Shown: one piece after another, positions 61,046-64,000 of the stretch
Layout: every line of letters begins with the position of its first letter
Position numbering within the stretch: the stretch's first letter is position 1
NCBI GenBank assembly: GCA_036399575.1
Contig: DASWMV010000191.1
Span: 1,230 to 65,229, forward strand
DNA length: 64,000 nucleotides
Direction: 5' to 3'
Origin: Abditibacterium sp.
Lineage (GTDB): Bacteria; Armatimonadota; Abditibacteriia; Abditibacteriales; Abditibacteriaceae
Translations under genes and position numbers: made by a program
The notes under the pieces: model-generated
Told to the model about the DNA's origin: nothing
What the model saw: the letters and a program-made list of their open reading frames with translations, nothing else
Databases searched by the model: none

Positions 61046-61699
61046 ATGGGAGCTGTGAAAATTGTTCAATGCTGGGATGACGGCGTGCGCGACGACATCC
61101 GTCTCACCGAAATTTTGCGGCGTCACGGCGCCAAAGCCTCGTTCAACCTGAACTGGGCGAACCACACCGAATCGGTAACGGGCGGGTGGAAATATAAAGA
61201 CCACGAAGTCATTGCACTTTCGAGAGGCGAAATCCGCGAGGTTTACGACGGTTTTCTGGTCGCCAACCACTCCCTCACTCATCCTCATCTGGATCAAATC
61301 GCGCCCGAAGCCGCCGCGCAAGAAATCCGCGAAAACCGCGACGCCCTCGAACAGCATTTCGGCTACCAAGTGACCGGCTTCGCCTACCCATTCGGTTCTT
61401 ACAATCAAACCGTGATGGATTTGGTGCGCGAAAGCGGCCACGTTTACGCGCGAACCTGTGAAAACGTCGCGCAAGTATTCGCACCCGCCGACACGATGGC
61501 GCTCCCCACCAACTGCCATTTCTCCGCGCCGGACTTCTGGGAAAGGCTCGAAAACGTGGGCGAAGTGTTCTATTTCTGGGGCCACTCCTACGAAATCATC
61601 ACGGAAGCGGAATGGGCCGATTTCGAAGCCAAAATCGCGTGTATAAGCGCCACTCCAGGCGCGGAGTGGGCGAATTTGCCAGATTTATTCGCGAGTTAA
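61046..61699 (+). CDS. Polysaccharide deacetylase (CE4/NodB-like) family protein
   Basis: CWDDGVRDD (TFDDG-type) and ANHSLTHPHL (HSxxH-type) motifs. Confidence 0.8.
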   Translation: MGAVKIVQCWDDGVRDDIRLTEILRRHGAKASFNLNWANHTESVTGGWKYKDHEVIALSRGEIREVYDGFLVANHSLTHPHLDQIAPEAAAQEIRENRDALEQHFGYQVTGFAYPFGSYNQTVMDLVRESGHVYARTCENVAQVFAPADTMALPTNCHFSAPDFWERLENVGEVFYFWGHSYEIITEAEWADFEAKIACISATPGAEWANLPDLFAS

Positions 61700-61767
61700 G
61701 CATCACTTTAATGGCTTAAAAGTAAGAAATTGGTTCGCATGACAAGCAGGCCCGATATTACGCCCAG

Positions 61768-61808
61768 CAAAAGCGCCCCAATTCATGAGAATCGGGGCGC
61801 TTTATTGC
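61768..61808. terminator. Hairpin between convergent genes
   Basis: Stem aaagcgcccc (61770..61779) pairs with ggggcgcttt (61794..61803). Confidence 0.6.
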
Positions 61809-61816
61809 TTTGTGAA

Positions 61817-62185
61817 TTAACTGCCTTGCCGACGAATCGACTCGTATTTGTTAATTATTACGCTCGCCCTACCAGCACAACCCTCAGGGATTTTCCCACC
61901 ACACTCTTCGAAATCAGCTCGCGTAATCGGGACGCCACGAGTGGTGCTGTATTCTGCGCGGGCTTTGGAACTTTCAATAGTCGCTGCAATCCCGAAGTAG
62001 ATGATGCTAACCAGCAAAACAATTCCGATAGCTAGCCCAGCCCACGCAGCCCCACGCGACGCATTGGATGGCAACTCGGCAGTGGGCGTCGATAAAGATT
62101 TGCTAGTGCGAAAAATCAAGCAGATCGCAGCGTAAATAAAATCAAAGAGGAAAATAAAAACAAACATTCGGATGCTCTTCCTCAA
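61817..62185 (-). CDS. Hypothetical membrane protein
   Basis: Two hydrophobic helices (FVFIFLFDFIYAAICLIF, WAGLAIGIVLLVSIIYFGIAA). TTG at 62185 or ATG at 62167. Lower G+C. Confidence 0.45.
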   Translation of the reverse strand: MRKSIRMFVFIFLFDFIYAAICLIFRTSKSLSTPTAELPSNASRGAAWAGLAIGIVLLVSIIYFGIAATIESSKARAEYSTTRGVPITRADFEECGGKIPEGCAGRASVIINKYESIRRQGS

Positions 62186-62196
62186 ACTTATCTCAA

Positions 62197-62230
62197 CTAA
62201 AAACGCCCCGCGAATTTTCGCGGGGCGTTC
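62197..62230 (-). terminator. Rho-independent terminator after the DinB-like gene
   Basis: Stem aacgccccgcga pairs with tcgcggggcgtt, followed on the minus strand by TTTTT. Confidence 0.75.
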
Positions 62231-62245
62231 TTGACAGTTGTGGAA

Positions 62246-62728
62246 TTAGTGACCTTCGAAATCGCCGTAAAGCGTCTGGATGTAGTTGATTTGCGCGAAA
62301 CGCGAAATGTAGGTGCGATAGGCCATCATCGCCCAGCCCGCGAGGGGCAGTGTCATGGTGAATTCCGGTCCCATCGGGATGGAAAGTGGGCGAGAAAGGT
62401 CTTCATCCGACAGCGATTTGATGACCGTTGTGAGAGCGGTGCAATTGGCTTCGAGATGCTCAATTACGTCGGCTTTCGTCCAATTGACGCGCTCGGCGGA
62501 CATTTTCGCAAAGGCTTCGCGCATCGGCGGAACTGTGGCGTCGGGGGCGAGTTGGAGCATTTGAATCGCCAACAGCGGGACTTGGGCGGCGTCTCCGGCG
62601 AGGTCGAGCGCGCTGCGGCCATTGTCGAGCGGTTTCCAACCCAGTTTGTCGTCGGGAACGGCGTTGAATGTGTTCAAAAGCTGAGTTTTGCCGCTTTCGA
62701 TGGTGCCAATGATGAGTTGTTTAATCAT
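62246..62728 (-). CDS. DinB-superfamily four-helix-bundle protein
   Basis: 160 aa from ATG 62728 (MIKQLIIGTIESGKTQLLNTF...). DinB-like helical pattern with conserved His positions. Family call is tentative. Confidence 0.55.
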   Translation of the reverse strand: MIKQLIIGTIESGKTQLLNTFNAVPDDKLGWKPLDNGRSALDLAGDAAQVPLLAIQMLQLAPDATVPPMREAFAKMSAERVNWTKADVIEHLEANCTALTTVIKSLSDEDLSRPLSIPMGPEFTMTLPLAGWAMMAYRTYISRFAQINYIQTLYGDFEGH

Positions 62729-62744
62729 GTGAATATAAAAATGT

Positions 62745-63011
62745 TTAGCCTTCGGCTTCGCGCTCGAAGGCAGCTTCGCCGCCAATTTTGGCGGCCAATC
62801 GGCCCAGAATTGTGAGAACGACAATCGCCAGAATTGTGGCGGCGACTGCATAAAAATAAAGGGCGCCTAGGCTGTCACCGTCACCAAAAACCTTTTTGAT
62901 GGTGGCTTTGATGGCCTCATTCCACGCCAGAGCCGCGACCAGACCCAACGACGCCGAAGCGAGGGAAATCATGGTCTGCACGAGCATTTGGGCACTGCCT
63001 TTGGTTTTCAT
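62745..63011 (-). CDS. Small two-TM membrane protein (DUF5654-like), hypothetical
   Basis: ATG at 63011 is preceded by GGAG. LVQTMISLASASLGLVAALAWNEAIK and YFYAVAATILAIVVLTILG. Confidence 0.5.
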   Translation of the reverse strand: MKTKGSAQMLVQTMISLASASLGLVAALAWNEAIKATIKKVFGDGDSLGALYFYAVAATILAIVVLTILGRLAAKIGGEAAFEREAEG

Positions 63012-63063
63012 AAAATTCTCCAAAATAAGTTGTTGCCACCACGCACAATATTGTGCGCTGTCA

Positions 63064-64000
63064 TCAGGGTTTAGCTGAGACAACGTAATCGTTGACGCTT
63101 CGCACGCCGACGATCTTTTCTTCTTTGCGACTTTGAAGCGCGGTTAAAAGCGCGGCGGCAGTGTCGAGACTGGTCAGACAGGGCACACCGTTTTCGACGG
63201 CGGCGCGGCGAATCTTGAGGCCATCTTTTTCCGGCGTTCTGCCGCGTTCGGGCGTGTTGATGAGCAAATCGACTTGTTGACCTGTCAATAGTCCCATCAA
63301 ATTTGGCTCGCTTTCGCGGATTTTACGAATTTCTTCGCATTCGACGCCGTGTTTCCGCAAAACAGCGGCGGTGCCGGAAGTCGCGTAGATTTTGTAGCCC
63401 AAATCCGCGAAACCTTTGATGACTGGTGCGCCTTCTTCTTTGTTGTGATTGGCGAGCGTGGTCAAAATTGCGCCGTGTCCACGCGGGCTATCAGGAAGCG
63501 GAATATCGTAGCCCGATGCCACCATCGCTTTATAAAGCGCGCGCGGGAAGTTGTTGTCCACGCCCATGATTTCGCCGGTCGATTTCATTTCGGGGCCGAG
63601 GTCGGTATCGACTTCGGTCAGCTTTTGAAACGAAAAAACCGGCGCTTTGACGGCAACCTGTTTCGGCAGCGGATGAAGGCCCGATTTGTAACCCAGATCA
63701 GCGAGTTTTTCGCCCATCATCACGCGTGTGGCGAGATCGACCATTGCCACGCCGGTAATTTTCGATAAATACGGCACAGTGCGGCTGGCGCGCGGGTTGA
63801 CTTCGATGATATACGCCTGTTCGCCGTCGATAACATATTGAATGTTCATCAAACCGCGAATTTTGAGCGCTTTGGCGACGCGAATTGCGTAATCCTCGAT
63901 TTGCGCGATGATTTTCGGGCTGAGCGTTTGCGGCGGATAAACCGCCATCGAATCGCCGCTGTGAACTCCGGCGCGCTCGATATGCTCCATAATTCCGGGC
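63064..64000 (-). CDS. carB: Carbamoyl-phosphate synthase large subunit, C-terminal part (5' end outside window)
   Basis: HIERAGVHSGDSMAVYPP, IIEVNPRASRTVPYLSK, and the terminal MGS-like domain GAILTTLANHNKEEG...IYATSGTA. Confidence 0.9.
   Translation of the reverse strand, partial: PGIMEHIERAGVHSGDSMAVYPPQTLSPKIIAQIEDYAIRVAKALKIRGLMNIQYVIDGEQAYIIEVNPRASRTVPYLSKITGVAMVDLATRVMMGEKLADLGYKSGLHPLPKQVAVKAPVFSFQKLTEVDTDLGPEMKSTGEIMGVDNNFPRALYKAMVASGYDIPLPDSPRGHGAILTTLANHNKEEGAPVIKGFADLGYKIYATSGTAAVLRKHGVECEEIRKIRESEPNLMGLLTGQQVDLLINTPERGRTPEKDGLKIRRAAVENGVPCLTSLDTAAALLTALQSRKEEKIVGVRSVNDYVVSAKP

Noticed and set aside
1-64000. tRNA, rRNA, tmRNA, RNase P or SRP RNA genes
   Set aside because: Intergenic regions are short, mostly under 150 nt. 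None shows a cloverleaf-type acceptor/T-arm pattern (no GGTTCGAATCC-like box outside coding sequence) or rRNA-like conservation. A tRNAscan or Infernal run would be needed to be definitive.

Overview
Densely coded, about 90% coding, chromosomal segment of a diderm (outer-membrane-bearing) bacterium. G+C is roughly mid-50s % by eye, not computed. The gene content (TamB next to BamA, copper-amine-oxidase-like stalk-domain wall protein, H-X9-DG prepilin-like remnant) is compatible with an Armatimonadota-like or related deep lineage, but that is low-confidence inference. I support about 55 protein genes and found no rRNA, tRNA, CRISPR array, prophage or IS transposase. Housekeeping blocks: KH-protein/rimM/trmD/rplS/lepB/rnhB, tsaE, gltX, trmFO-xerC, cca, gnd, carB (3' part). 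Envelope block: a giant tamB, an ECF sigma factor and bamA, plus a GT2 glycosyltransferase, a PIG-L deacetylase, a polysaccharide deacetylase and comEA. Regulation: a GAF-GAF histidine kinase with a CheY-like receiver, an orphan zf-HC2 anti-sigma factor, a cNMP-binding protein and NikR. Items worth a second look: (1) a family of about 75-nt composite palindromic intergenic elements, three full copies and one half copy, with core GGACATGGC(AG/CT)GCCATGTCC; three of the four sit on or within a few nt of a stop codon. (2) A 186-bp element with perfect 40-bp terminal inverted repeats (MITE-like) between the TPM/LemA operon and a MoxR operon. (3) An uncharacterised three-gene operon: unknown 357-aa protein, MoxR-type AAA+ ATPase, and an HExxH-metallopeptidase/VWA (DUF2201-like) protein. 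(4) nikR lying 5 nt upstream of a TonB-dependent receptor gene (4-nt overlap at the alternative TTG start), with candidate operators. (5) A 2248-aa TamB homologue separated from bamA by an ECF sigma gene that carries a sigmaE-like promoter motif. (6) A split two-gene CbiX chelatase. (7) A lower-GC three-ORF insertion, and a 26-bp-stem hairpin, inside the normally compact rimM-trmD ribosomal operon. All functional calls rest on motifs read from the supplied translations; no database search was run.
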